Shown here: positions 1 to 8,406 of the stretch, piece after piece
Position numbering within the stretch: the stretch's first letter is position 1
How the letters are laid out: every line of letters starts with the position of its first letter
From: an uncultured virus (IMG/VR IMGVR_UViG_3300037067_001926)
Taxonomy: Duplodnaviria; Heunggongvirae; Uroviricota; Caudoviricetes
Length of the DNA: 20,000 bases
Direction: 5' to 3' (one strand)
Virus record (IMG/VR): IMGVR_UViG_3300037067_001926
Notes under the pieces: generated by a model
Told to the model about the DNA's origin: nothing
Seen by the model: the letters and a program-made list of their open reading frames with translations, nothing else
Database searches by the model: none
Translations under genes and position numbers: made by a program

Positions 1-66
1 AGCCTCACCCTTCATGTCCTCAGTCGTGATCTGCGGGATGTCCACCTTGTAGGTCTTCTCGCTCAT
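1..66 (-). CDS. 5' part of a hypothetical protein (MSEKTYKVDIPQITTEDMKGEA...), runs off the window
   Basis: ATG at 64-66 overlaps the TGA of the 1124-aa gene (ATGA coupling); frame is open to position 1. Confidence 0.7.
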   Translation of the reverse strand, partial: MSEKTYKVDIPQITTEDMKGEA

Positions 67-3000
67 GGCATTACCGGCCGCTCCATCGGCTGAAGCAGTG
101 GGAACGACTGGTAGGCTTGCCGCATGTCAGCCCCCACTGGCATCCACTCGACACGGGTTTGATCGCTGTACAGGTAGAACCCACAGCAGGGATCCAGCGC
201 CTCCAAGGTGAACCGATAGACCCGGCTCTTGTTCAGAACCCCGTCCGCTGAAGCGTCGGGCAAGTAGACCCTCTCCGTCTCCCTGCGCTCGTGCTTCGTG
301 AGTTCTTCCTCGAACAGCAATTCCCCACCCTCTACGTAGACCCGCAGAACTACAGGCCCGCAACTGCGGTATTGCACCCACATCTGCTTGATGAACTTCC
401 ATCCCGCAGACTGGAAGCTCTGCTCAAGCGAATCCCAGAACGTGTTCGTGCAGGGTTCCCGCACTGCGGTAAACTGATGCGTGAACAGTTGGGACTTCCC
501 GCCTGTTCCTGGGGCCAGGAGAAGCCTGAACTGCCGGCCGATGATCTCTTCGTCCCCAGGCTGGTTCAGAGTCAAGATCAGGTTGCGCGAGTCTATCGTG
601 GTCTTGACCTTGAGCGTCCGCCTAGTGACCCCGTCTGCCTGCACGTTGACCGTACATTCGACATCTCCTGTGTCGATCTCGATGATTAGCTCACGCAATA
701 CCTTCTCGCAGGCGTACCCTAGGTTGTCCCATTCCGTGAACAGCACCTTGTCTGGTGGGTACTGCGTGAACTCGAAGTGGTATGCCCAGTTCTTGAAGTC
801 GTGTGTGGTAACCGTCGGCCGCAGCCTGACTAGCTTGACGGGAGTGGTCAGGTTGATCGGGAACGTCGGCCGCGCCCGAAGGGGTCCGGTGGATGAACTC
901 CACGCTGAGTTCGAGAGCGTGAACGTGTCCACGGACAGCGCTTGCGTGTTCCCGCTGATCCCGTACATGATGTCCAGGTTCAGCGTCACGTCAGTCCCTA
1001 CAACGTCATGCTCGATCGAGAGCTGCGTCAGCCGCTTGTCATGGTAGTAGCCCAGGTTGTCCCAGTCGCTCGCCCGTCCGCGCTGGATCTCCTCCAGCGT
1101 CAGGTAGTGGAACGTAAGCGTGTACAGGTGGGTAGGCTGGCTACTGGTGCCGGTCAGCCTCACGCTGATGGCGTAGGCTTCGTAGCCCATGCCGCAGTTC
1201 AGGGGCAACGGGATCCGGTAGCGCCCCCTGGTGGGGGCCGCGGCCACCGTGAACGTCTCTGTGGCCACCGTAGCGAAGTCGTAGTAGACCTCCACCGTCA
1301 CGGGGTTGTCCGGGTTGGCAAGCTCCAGAACCAGATCCCCGAACTGCTTCTGCATAGCAGGCTGGCCCATGAACATCCAGCCAAGCCACGCTTCCCAGGA
1401 GATTGCGTCACCGTCATCGTGGGTTGCAGCACTCCAGGCATCTGTGGTATGTGGGATCGTCGGCGAGACCGGAGTATTGTCCCGGTTGAGGAGGGCTATG
1501 CCGGAGTCAACATCGGTGAAGAGAAGCTCCCCAGTGTCAGGCTCCAGCATCACTGCGTCAGCGTAGATGTCCTCCGTCGACCAGCGATCGTACAACATGC
1601 TGTAGCGAATGCGCCGGCGCGTGCCTGCCGTGTCAACGTAGCTGACGAAGACTTCGTTCTTCAGGTACCAGAGATTGATCTTGTCAAGGTCGCTGAACCC
1701 AGTCCCATCGGGCGTAGCCGACAGGCTGATGGGGTAGAATCCGCTGGAGTATTCGCCCTTGAAGATGTGGTCAATCTGCTCACTCTTCTTGATGGACTGG
1801 CCACCTGAGAATGAGTAGATCCCATCGTAGGCCAAGTAGTAGAGTTCGTTGTCAGCCTTGCACCATGCCCAGGACGCGAACAAGCCACGCTGCGCGGCCG
1901 TCTCCACCGGCTCTTGCATGGCACCGTTGTACACGCTTACCGCGTAAATCTTGCTCTTGTTGAGGCACAGCAGGTACCCACCGAACTCCGTGATGTTCAT
2001 GATGGGGTTCGATGGCGTGCCAACTAGAATGGATCCCGGAGAGTTGTCCGCCTCATTCTTCACAGCAGGGAAGGCTTCCGGCCGGCCAGTCTTGCTCTTG
2101 TAGAGCGTCTCAGGATTGAAGGCGTCTCCAGCCAGGAACACCGAATTGAAGGCGTGCGCCGCGAAGCGGCATGGCACGTTGGCCCGGCTTGCCGTCTCGA
2201 TAGTCTCGCCAGGATCGTGGGCCACCTGAAACACTGTGACAAACCTGTAGGGTGGAGTCAGGCCAGTGATGTACGACACCACACACCATTCTTCGTGATC
2301 CGTGCCACTGCCTACCCTAACAACCGTACCAGGGAACAACGTGTGCCAGAAGTCGCCATCTGGCAACAGCCCCTCTTCAACGTCTACCGTTACTTCTACC
2401 TGCCCCACAATCGGTATCTGCGCTTCCTGGATTGTGTAGCTGTTGATCGTCCCGTGGAACGGTGTTGGAAGCGATGCCGTCACCGGCCGGTGGCTGTCGA
2501 AATCCGCCGTCGGATTGCTGGCGATGTCTGCATCAGGAACATCGTCTATGAACGTGGTATCAGTAATGCCATCCAGCCCTGTCAGCACAGCTACTCTGCG
2601 GTACAGACTATCGCTGAATGATCCGCCGGCTCGATACAGAACGATGTTCCTGAACCCAGTCACCTGAGGGTCTATGTCATTGACGTTAGTGTCCGATGGC
2701 GAGTTTGGCCTAACCGTTACGCTAATCTGCGAGCCAGCAGCGTCAGTAGTAATCTGGAGTGACTCCAGCATCAGCGGACACGGGTTGCCCTCAACACCCG
2801 TTACCGGGTTACGTAAGGTGTAGATATACGAGTACGGCAGGAACAGTGATATTAGGTTACCAGCGCCACCCAATGTAGCTCGTGCCGGCCAAACCGGAGG
2901 GTCGATGCCCCACCGAACCATGTGCGCAAACGCTTCGCTCTGGTTGTCGTCAAGCGGATCTTTGTACATCCTGCCGGAACTGGCCAAGTACAGATACGGC

Positions 3001-3437
3001 TTCCCTGAAGATGTCTTTCTGTAGGCCAGCCCAGTCCATCGCGCCGTGGTGCTCCCAGGGTTGCCTAGCGCTGCACAGTACTGGAGCCCCACCTCAGGGC
3101 TAGGGACCACTACGGGAGGATCCTCTGAAGTCAGGCGGTAGACGTACTCCCCCGTCCCCACGTAGATGTAGTTCTTGTCGGCAGCCGGGTCATCTGTAGC
3201 CAGCCTAGCAATGCTGTGGATGTGGTCGATCGTGGCGCTTTCGCCGGCAATCCCTCCGGGGGTCATGTTCTCGTAGCCGTTGCGGCTGCGAATAGCCCCC
3301 TCCTGCCAGCTCACCATGTTGACAAGCCGGATGTATTGTCCACCGCTCAACGCAGCAGGATCAATCCGCTGGAGTTCTCCAGTAGAGTTGAACCCGTACA
3401 CCAACTCACGATATTGTTGTGCCTCGTTAAGAGCCAT
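63..3437 (-). CDS. Tail nozzle / stabilisation-like virion protein (P22 gp10 / T7 gp12-like position), 1124 aa
   Basis: Long ORF after the adaptor genes. N-terminal 'GFN...NM..QEGAIRSRNGY', beta-propeller-like centre (LYYLAYDGIYSFSG, SEQIDHIF) and a C-terminal 'G.P...KQF..L' domain are typical of podoviral nozzle proteins. Inferred from motifs and synteny. Confidence 0.7.
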   Translation of the reverse strand: MALNEAQQYRELVYGFNSTGELQRIDPAALSGGQYIRLVNMVSWQEGAIRSRNGYENMTPGGIAGESATIDHIHSIARLATDDPAADKNYIYVGTGEYVYRLTSEDPPVVVPSPEVGLQYCAALGNPGSTTARWTGLAYRKTSSGKPYLYLASSGRMYKDPLDDNQSEAFAHMVRWGIDPPVWPARATLGGAGNLISLFLPYSYIYTLRNPVTGVEGNPCPLMLESLQITTDAAGSQISVTVRPNSPSDTNVNDIDPQVTGFRNIVLYRAGGSFSDSLYRRVAVLTGLDGITDTTFIDDVPDADIASNPTADFDSHRPVTASLPTPFHGTINSYTIQEAQIPIVGQVEVTVDVEEGLLPDGDFWHTLFPGTVVRVGSGTDHEEWCVVSYITGLTPPYRFVTVFQVAHDPGETIETASRANVPCRFAAHAFNSVFLAGDAFNPETLYKSKTGRPEAFPAVKNEADNSPGSILVGTPSNPIMNITEFGGYLLCLNKSKIYAVSVYNGAMQEPVETAAQRGLFASWAWCKADNELYYLAYDGIYSFSGGQSIKKSEQIDHIFKGEYSSGFYPISLSATPDGTGFSDLDKINLWYLKNEVFVSYVDTAGTRRRIRYSMLYDRWSTEDIYADAVMLEPDTGELLFTDVDSGIALLNRDNTPVSPTIPHTTDAWSAATHDDGDAISWEAWLGWMFMGQPAMQKQFGDLVLELANPDNPVTVEVYYDFATVATETFTVAAAPTRGRYRIPLPLNCGMGYEAYAISVRLTGTSSQPTHLYTLTFHYLTLEEIQRGRASDWDNLGYYHDKRLTQLSIEHDVVGTDVTLNLDIMYGISGNTQALSVDTFTLSNSAWSSSTGPLRARPTFPINLTTPVKLVRLRPTVTTHDFKNWAYHFEFTQYPPDKVLFTEWDNLGYACEKVLRELIIEIDTGDVECTVNVQADGVTRRTLKVKTTIDSRNLILTLNQPGDEEIIGRQFRLLLAPGTGGKSQLFTHQFTAVREPCTNTFWDSLEQSFQSAGWKFIKQMWVQYRSCGPVVLRVYVEGGELLFEEELTKHERRETERVYLPDASADGVLNKSRVYRFTLEALDPCCGFYLYSDQTRVEWMPVGADMRQAYQSFPLLQPMERPVMP

Positions 3438-3441
3438 TAGG

Positions 3442-3702
3442 CTACGTCATTCTCGCTTTCAGAGCGCTGAGTGCCGTCGAGTAGTAAACTTCTCCCAGGC
3501 TCACTCCAGCCGTTGCAGCCGCGGCATCGTTAGCTGCCTGCGTGAACTGCGTCAACAGCACCAGCGCCAGCTTGTTGAGCGTCACCGGGTTTGTCGCCTC
3601 GCCCAGAACATTCACCGAAGCGGTCTCCCCGCTGGGATTGGTAGTCGTGGCGACGTCTTCCAGGTACAGCTTGCGCGGTGTGATCGTTATGTCACTAGCC
3701 AT
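3442..3702 (-). CDS. Small hypothetical virion-associated protein, 86 aa
   Basis: Tightly packed between tail genes; its start overlaps the upstream stop; C-terminal 'ANDAAAATAGVSLGEVYY' motif. Confidence 0.7.
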   Translation of the reverse strand: MASDITITPRKLYLEDVATTTNPSGETASVNVLGEATNPVTLNKLALVLLTQFTQAANDAAAATAGVSLGEVYYSTALSALKARMT

Positions 3703-4514
3703 CAGTAGTTCTCCTCTTCTGTGGACTCATCGGCAATTGCCTTGCCTAGCGTGATTCCTTCTTCCCATCGCGCTTGGCAGTACTTCTCCCTGCTGGCATC
3801 CCGTGTTTCCCCATCTCTGCCGAAGACCTTGGTAAGCACCCCGTACGCGATGTACTGGATGAAACTGTCTGGGACAAAGTCGATTGTGTCTTCCAGCGTG
3901 TACGTGTCAACGGCCGGCTTCATAGTGGCCAGCAAGGTCACGTTCAGCGCTGAGCTCACCATGTCGGAGACCGTCCCAAGTAGCCTCCCTGGAACCTCCA
4001 GAAACATCGCGCTCGTGTACGAGGAGATCGTCCCATAGAGAGCCGCAGCGGGAACTAGGTCGAACGTCACCGGGGTTGACGCACTTGAGATCGTCCCGTA
4101 CAGTGGAGCCGTCATGGTGACTGAATACCCGCTTCGCGTGGGGATCCCCTGGAGCTGCACTGTCTTCACAGGCAGCCGGTCCTCATGCCACCGTTCCGGC
4201 CGGCTGCTGGTCTCCGTTCTCCACTGGCGCTGGAGGTTGTCGAGGGATAGACCTGACTCCCGACGTATCAGCCGGTCATCGTAGGAGGCTTCCTGAATGT
4301 CCATAGCGTAGTCTGGATAGCCAACCGAGGATGTCCCCGAAGTGACTTCCATATTGATTAAGCTGCGGATCATGCCGGTGCGTTGCAGGAAGTCCCCAAC
4401 CACTTCCCAAACGTCAAGCAGGAACTGGGCTTCGGTGTAAATTCCCGTCTCCAGCCCGTATGGTTCAAGGAGAACGGAACATACGCGATCGTATACGGCC
4501 TGTACGGTACCCAC
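3702..4514 (-). CDS. Head-tail adaptor / tail ring protein paralogue, 270 aa (GTG start)
   Basis: Aligns by eye to the 214-aa ORF (IRRESGLSLDNLQRQWRTETSS vs LRRTSFHNLASRRNLWLKETSS; DTIDFVPDSFI vs DIIDIPDEMI); lies between capsid and nozzle. Confidence 0.65.
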   Translation of the reverse strand: MGTVQAVYDRVCSVLLEPYGLETGIYTEAQFLLDVWEVVGDFLQRTGMIRSLINMEVTSGTSSVGYPDYAMDIQEASYDDRLIRRESGLSLDNLQRQWRTETSSRPERWHEDRLPVKTVQLQGIPTRSGYSVTMTAPLYGTISSASTPVTFDLVPAAALYGTISSYTSAMFLEVPGRLLGTVSDMVSSALNVTLLATMKPAVDTYTLEDTIDFVPDSFIQYIAYGVLTKVFGRDGETRDASREKYCQARWEEGITLGKAIADESTEEENY

Positions 4515-4516
4515 CC

Positions 4517-4705
4517 TCAGGCCCCCTCCGTCCGCCGGGCGGACGCCATGCTCTCAAGCTCGTTCAAGATCGCGTGCATCCGATCACAGACCGAATGTAT
4601 GGCGCTCTGGCCGTGCTCGATGGCGTCCAGGGCCAAGGCGATTTCCAGTCGGTTCGTATTGAACCGGATTTCGTCAAGCCGTTGCTCATACTTGGTGTCG
4701 ATCAT
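4517..4705 (-). CDS. Hypothetical helical protein, 62 aa
   Basis: ATGA overlap with the upstream gene; fills the gap exactly. Confidence 0.65.
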   Translation of the reverse strand: MIDTKYEQRLDEIRFNTNRLEIALALDAIEHGQSAIHSVCDRMHAILNELESMASARRTEGA

Positions 4706-5346
4706 GCTCTCTTCACCGCTTCCGCTTCAACGAAATACCGCGGGTGCTTAATCCCCCGCCAGCGTTCCCAGGTCTTAACCTGAGACAGGAAGCTGCTGTA
4801 CTTCGTGCTCGCCTGATAGAAGACCGAACCGCCTTCCTTGATTTGCAGTGCCAACACCGCCAGATCCTCAACGGCGTCGATCATCTCGTCGGGGATGTCG
4901 ATTATGTCCGAGTCGTTGACCAGCAGGGTAGGTTCCAGAACACCCACCACTCGCAGGGTTCTGCCGCCCTTGTTGTCTGCCGGATGGATGGCGATTGTAC
5001 GTGACCCAATGGGGGCCCAGACCGCAGTAGGCCCAACATTGCTGGAGGTCTCCTTCAGCCACAGGTTCCGGCGCGAAGCGAGATTGTGGAAGGAAGTCCT
5101 GCGAAGCTGCCTGCCGTCTAGGTCGACGGCCAAAGGGCTGATAACGCTTCCCGGCAGGGAGTAGAAGTAGCGGCCGACGTCTGTAGTGATAGACACCGGA
5201 CCCTGAACGATCCCGGTGTACAGATTCAGGACTTGGAGGCTGTCGTTTATCGCACGGGTAACGTCGACCGCTGGGTAGAAGGCAGTGTTGTCATCCAGTT
5301 GGGCCCAGACACGGGACTTCATCGAACCTAGCGTTACCGACGGCAT
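4702..5346 (-). CDS. Head-tail adaptor / tail ring protein, 214 aa
   Basis: N-terminal helices (TLGSMKSRV..LDD...DVTRAINDS), 'GRYFYSLP', 'IAIHPAD', 'DIPDE' pattern typical of phage adaptor proteins; GAGG SD. Confidence 0.7.
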   Translation of the reverse strand: MPSVTLGSMKSRVWAQLDDNTAFYPAVDVTRAINDSLQVLNLYTGIVQGPVSITTDVGRYFYSLPGSVISPLAVDLDGRQLRRTSFHNLASRRNLWLKETSSNVGPTAVWAPIGSRTIAIHPADNKGGRTLRVVGVLEPTLLVNDSDIIDIPDEMIDAVEDLAVLALQIKEGGSVFYQASTKYSSFLSQVKTWERWRGIKHPRYFVEAEAVKRA

Positions 5347-5352
5347 TCATCG

Positions 5353-5574
5353 TCACCTCTTCGGCGCTCTTGACTTGGTGCGGCCCTTCGCTCCGCGCTT
5401 AGCGAAGCGTTTGAACGTCTCCGCCAGGAGCGCTCTCTTGGCCTGCTTCCCGCCAGCCGCTTTACCTGCGGCGATCTTCTTCGCACTAGCCTTGCCAAAG
5501 GACCCTGCGGTACCCTTGCGAGCTATCTGTTCCTTGACCCGCTGCATCCAGAACTTCGGTCGCTTGCCTGCCAT
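5353..5574 (-). CDS. Small, very basic Lys/Ala/Arg-rich protein, 73 aa, possible DNA-binding core protein
   Basis: Strong K/R excess with only two acidic residues; GAGG SD; compact fit in the operon. Confidence 0.7.
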   Translation of the reverse strand: MAGKRPKFWMQRVKEQIARKGTAGSFGKASAKKIAAGKAAGGKQAKRALLAETFKRFAKRGAKGRTKSRAPKR

Positions 5575-5577
5575 ACT

Positions 5578-5844
5578 TCACCTCTTGGGCTCGATCGCGT
5601 CCCCTTGTTCCAGAGTCGAGAGCGCGGCGCATGGTCCGAAGTTGTGCTCGAATCTTTGGATCGTCTTCCAGTCGCGCATCTCGTCCCCATCGACCCCCAT
5701 CACAGTGTAGGGATCGTTGCTCAAGTCCTGCCGCCTTCGGCGCTCGTCCTCGCGGGCTCTGGCCTCGCTGTACGCCTGCTGTGCAGAGACTACATCCAAG
5801 TCCTGCCGGTTGTTGCTTGACCGATAATCGTCTACGCCTGCCAT
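5578..5844 (-). CDS. Hypothetical protein, 88 aa
   Basis: GGAGG SD upstream; compact fit between neighbours. Confidence 0.7.
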   Translation of the reverse strand: MAGVDDYRSSNNRQDLDVVSAQQAYSEARAREDERRRRQDLSNDPYTVMGVDGDEMRDWKTIQRFEHNFGPCAALSTLEQGDAIEPKR

Positions 5845-5856
5845 AGGCTATCCTCC

Positions 5857-7026
5857 CTAATACCCTGCACCGAAGTCCCAACTGACAATCTCGGGCGTGT
5901 GACCTTGCCAGTAGTCCGCGCCCATCGGCATGAACACCTTCGAGTAGCGGTACTGATATGCTTTCTGGAAGCGGCCTTCGTCTTCGTTCTTCGCGTTCTC
6001 CAGCCCTTGTAGGAAGCGCTTCTCGTATACCTCCGCAAGCGTCGGGTTGAAGAACGGATCCTTCTCGTCCTTCTTGAACCGCAAGGCGTCAGCTATTGCC
6101 CCGTGTACGAAGATCGAAGGGTTGATGAACCACGGTGGCCGATCGTTCTCATTGACCAGATCCGGCCACTGTTTGTAGAACAGGCAGGTGAACTGCCGTC
6201 GGCTACTCGGAGCCGGCCATAGCTCGTGCTGGTAGTTGCCTTGTTCGTTCGGGCCTAGGTCCACAAGCTGAATCAGCGAGCCGGCATTGGTGAACGTCCG
6301 CCGCGCATCGCGGTGATTGACTTCGGTCACAGGGACGTGGAGCCGTACAGGCCATCCAGTCTGTTCATCCTTCATGGCCAGGATGTCTTTGAACTTGGAG
6401 CTGATCGTCAGGTACATCTTGACGATTCGGTAGCTCTGGGTAGATTCCGAGTCTGCCCACCAGAAGTCCGTGAGTTCCAGCTCCGTAGCCGACACCACGT
6501 TGCGGACAGTGAACACTGGATCAGTGACAGAAATGCGGAATTGCAGGCCCGCCAGGGAAGACTGCGTAATCGTCGCTCCAGCATCGTGCGTGTTCGCAAA
6601 CTTGGCGATAAAGCTGTCTCGCTTAAGCTCAACCACGGAGACTACTTCCTCGTCCGCATCGCCGGCATCCACGAACAGAACCGAGTCCTCTGTAATCCCA
6701 GTCATCGCAAGAGGGGTGACTTCGACGTAGCCAATGTCGTCGATCGCCGCGGGGATCGTAGTGCCCACAACATCATTCACCGGCCACGCTGTACCGACCC
6801 CGGTGACTGTGCGGCTGCCTTCTACGACTGACACCGTGCCGGTCTCGTAGGCGTCTGGGACGTAAAGTACTTTCGACGTAATCAGATCAGTCCAGTATGT
6901 GCGGGAGCCGAGCGCTTGGCGAATGCGATCGTTGAGCCAGTCCCTAATGTCAAGGGAACTGAGGCCGGGGCGTGCGTTAGCCACTCGCCCAGTCATACTG
7001 CCCAAACTGTCCGAATACATCGACAT
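5857..7026 (-). CDS. Head-tail adaptor / tail ring protein with inserted beta-rich domains, 389 aa
   Basis: N-terminus SLGSMTGRV matches TLGSMKSRV of the 214-aa ORF; ELWPAP and LVNEND match IHPAD and LVNDSD; central insertion GTVSVVEGSRTVTGVGTAW. Confidence 0.65.
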   Translation of the reverse strand: MSMYSDSLGSMTGRVANARPGLSSLDIRDWLNDRIRQALGSRTYWTDLITSKVLYVPDAYETGTVSVVEGSRTVTGVGTAWPVNDVVGTTIPAAIDDIGYVEVTPLAMTGITEDSVLFVDAGDADEEVVSVVELKRDSFIAKFANTHDAGATITQSSLAGLQFRISVTDPVFTVRNVVSATELELTDFWWADSESTQSYRIVKMYLTISSKFKDILAMKDEQTGWPVRLHVPVTEVNHRDARRTFTNAGSLIQLVDLGPNEQGNYQHELWPAPSSRRQFTCLFYKQWPDLVNENDRPPWFINPSIFVHGAIADALRFKKDEKDPFFNPTLAEVYEKRFLQGLENAKNEDEGRFQKAYQYRYSKVFMPMGADYWQGHTPEIVSWDFGAGY

Positions 7027-7037
7027 GCCAATCCCCT

Positions 7038-7090
7038 AAACACAAAGCGGCCTGGCAGGGTGCCCGTCGCCATTCCACCCTACCAGGCCG
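7038..7090 (-). terminator. Intrinsic terminator after the capsid/decoration/GYT genes
   Basis: Minus strand CGGCCTGGTAGGGTG-N13-CACCCTGCCAGGCCG (15-bp stem, one U-G pair) followed by CTTTGTGTTT. Confidence 0.7.
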
Positions 7091-7161
7091 TCCCCCCGCA
7101 GGAAGTCAGACTGCCCTCGAACCTAACCCCATAGGGGAGGGACCTAGGGGCCCCTCCAGCC

Positions 7162-7425
7162 CTATGGAGCGTAACCTGTGTAGCCCGTCTGGCCTGGGTA
7201 AGCCGTGTACCCAGTGTAGCCAGTGAGCCCGCCGTAGCCCGTGTATCCAGTCGGGCCGGTCTCTCCGCGATAGCCCGTATACCCCGAGTACCCAGACGTC
7301 CCGGTGTATCCAGTGACGCCGGAGTATCCAGTGTAGCCAGTGAATGCACCGTACCCGGTATACCCACTAGGCCCGGTCACCCCGACTGTTGCGCCTTCCA
7401 TCGAGTCGGTGTAGGTGTAAGCCAT
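7162..7425 (-). CDS. Small Gly-Tyr-Thr collagen-like repeat protein, 87 aa
   Basis: Almost entirely G-X-Y triplets (GYT/GYS); GGAGG SD; third codon positions vary between repeats. Confidence 0.85.
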   Translation of the reverse strand: MAYTYTDSMEGATVGVTGPSGYTGYGAFTGYTGYSGVTGYTGTSGYSGYTGYRGETGPTGYTGYGGLTGYTGYTAYPGQTGYTGYAP

Positions 7426-7459
7426 GGATCAATCCTCCGTTCCCGTGGACCAATCCACG

Positions 7460-7705
7460 CTATGCTCCTGTGTAACCGGTGTAACCGGTTACACCAGTGT
7501 ATCCAGTGTACCCAGTCGCGCCTTGCGGGCCAGTGTACCCAGAGTACCCGGTGTATCCAGTAGCAGCGGTATAGCCAGTATACCCGGTCGTGCCTGTGTA
7601 GCCGGAGTAGCCAGTATAGCCGCTATACCCGGTAGGCCCTTGAGGGCCGGTATATCCAGTCGGACCTTGCCATCCGACATTCAGGTTGCCGTAGGTGAAT
7701 GCCAT
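7460..7705 (-). CDS. Small Gly-Tyr-Thr collagen-like repeat protein, 81 aa
   Basis: About 23 consecutive triplets with a single G-to-A break; MAFTY start resembles MAYTY of its neighbour. Confidence 0.85.
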   Translation of the reverse strand: MAFTYGNLNVGWQGPTGYTGPQGPTGYSGYTGYSGYTGTTGYTGYTAATGYTGYSGYTGPQGATGYTGYTGVTGYTGYTGA

Positions 7706-7716
7706 CGTTTGCCCCC

Positions 7717-7944
7717 TTAAGCCTGGATCAGGCCGAATCCCTTGAACACGGCTGTTCCGCCAGCCCCAGCCGTGGTGCAGACCCAGCCGTAGTAGGTAGC
7801 CCCACCGGCCGCTGGGACAGAGTTAATGACCTCGTCGCCTACGGCGAAGGTGTACTCGTCTTCCGAGGCACCGGGGGCTGCGGTGCCGAAGTAGCGCTTA
7901 CAAGTGTTGCCGCGGATCGGTTCCTCATAGGGTAGAAGTGCCAT
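7717..7944 (-). CDS. Small virion protein, probable capsid decoration, 75 aa
   Basis: Motif AAP...[33 protein letters not shown], familiar as a C-terminal module of phage spike/fibre proteins; GAGGAG SD. Confidence 0.7.
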   Translation of the reverse strand: MALLPYEEPIRGNTCKRYFGTAAPGASEDEYTFAVGDEVINSVPAAGGATYYGWVCTTAGAGGTAVFKGFGLIQA

Positions 7945-7958
7945 CGCTTAGCTCTCCT

Positions 7959-8390
7959 CTACGAGATGTCCTCAGCCGCAATGCTCATTGTCAGAACGTC
8001 GATGTCGACTTGGCCGGCCGTCAGGGCAGCGCAAGTCGTATCGACCGTGAAGACCGCCTGCACGTCTTGGCCAGCCGAAGTGCCGTTCTTGAAGCACTGG
8101 GTCATCTGGCCGGTGGTGTCAGCCACAGCCTGGAAGATGTCGAAGGCAGCAGAGAATCCAGTTGCGCCCTCAACCGAGCCGCCTACCGATACGGTACAGG
8201 TGCCTACGCCGCCGCCGGTGAACGCCACCGTGGTCTTAACGCGAACGCCCATGACGGCATCCTTGCCGCCAAGCGAGAACAGCGTGATAGTCTGCGACGT
8301 ATCCGCATCGGTCAGGTCAGTGTGGTCGATCGTGAAACGCCGAAGCTGGAAACCAGCGCCAAACGCAATCGGGAATATTGTTTTCTGCAT
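7959..8390 (-). CDS. Probable capsid decoration / spike-base protein, 143 aa (start revised to ATG 8390)
   Basis: Directly follows the capsid gene; GGAG SD 7 nt before the ATG; beta-rich 'VRVKTTVAFTG...VSVG...LTAGQVDIDV'. Confidence 0.7.
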   Translation of the reverse strand: MQKTIFPIAFGAGFQLRRFTIDHTDLTDADTSQTITLFSLGGKDAVMGVRVKTTVAFTGGGVGTCTVSVGGSVEGATGFSAAFDIFQAVADTTGQMTQCFKNGTSAGQDVQAVFTVDTTCAALTAGQVDIDVLTMSIAAEDIS

Positions 8391-8406
8391 GTCAGTTCTC
8401 CCCCTG

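Noticed and set aside
7165..7670. Non-coding 9-bp satellite DNA
   Set aside because: Periodicity is fully explained by G-Y-T codons with variable third positions.
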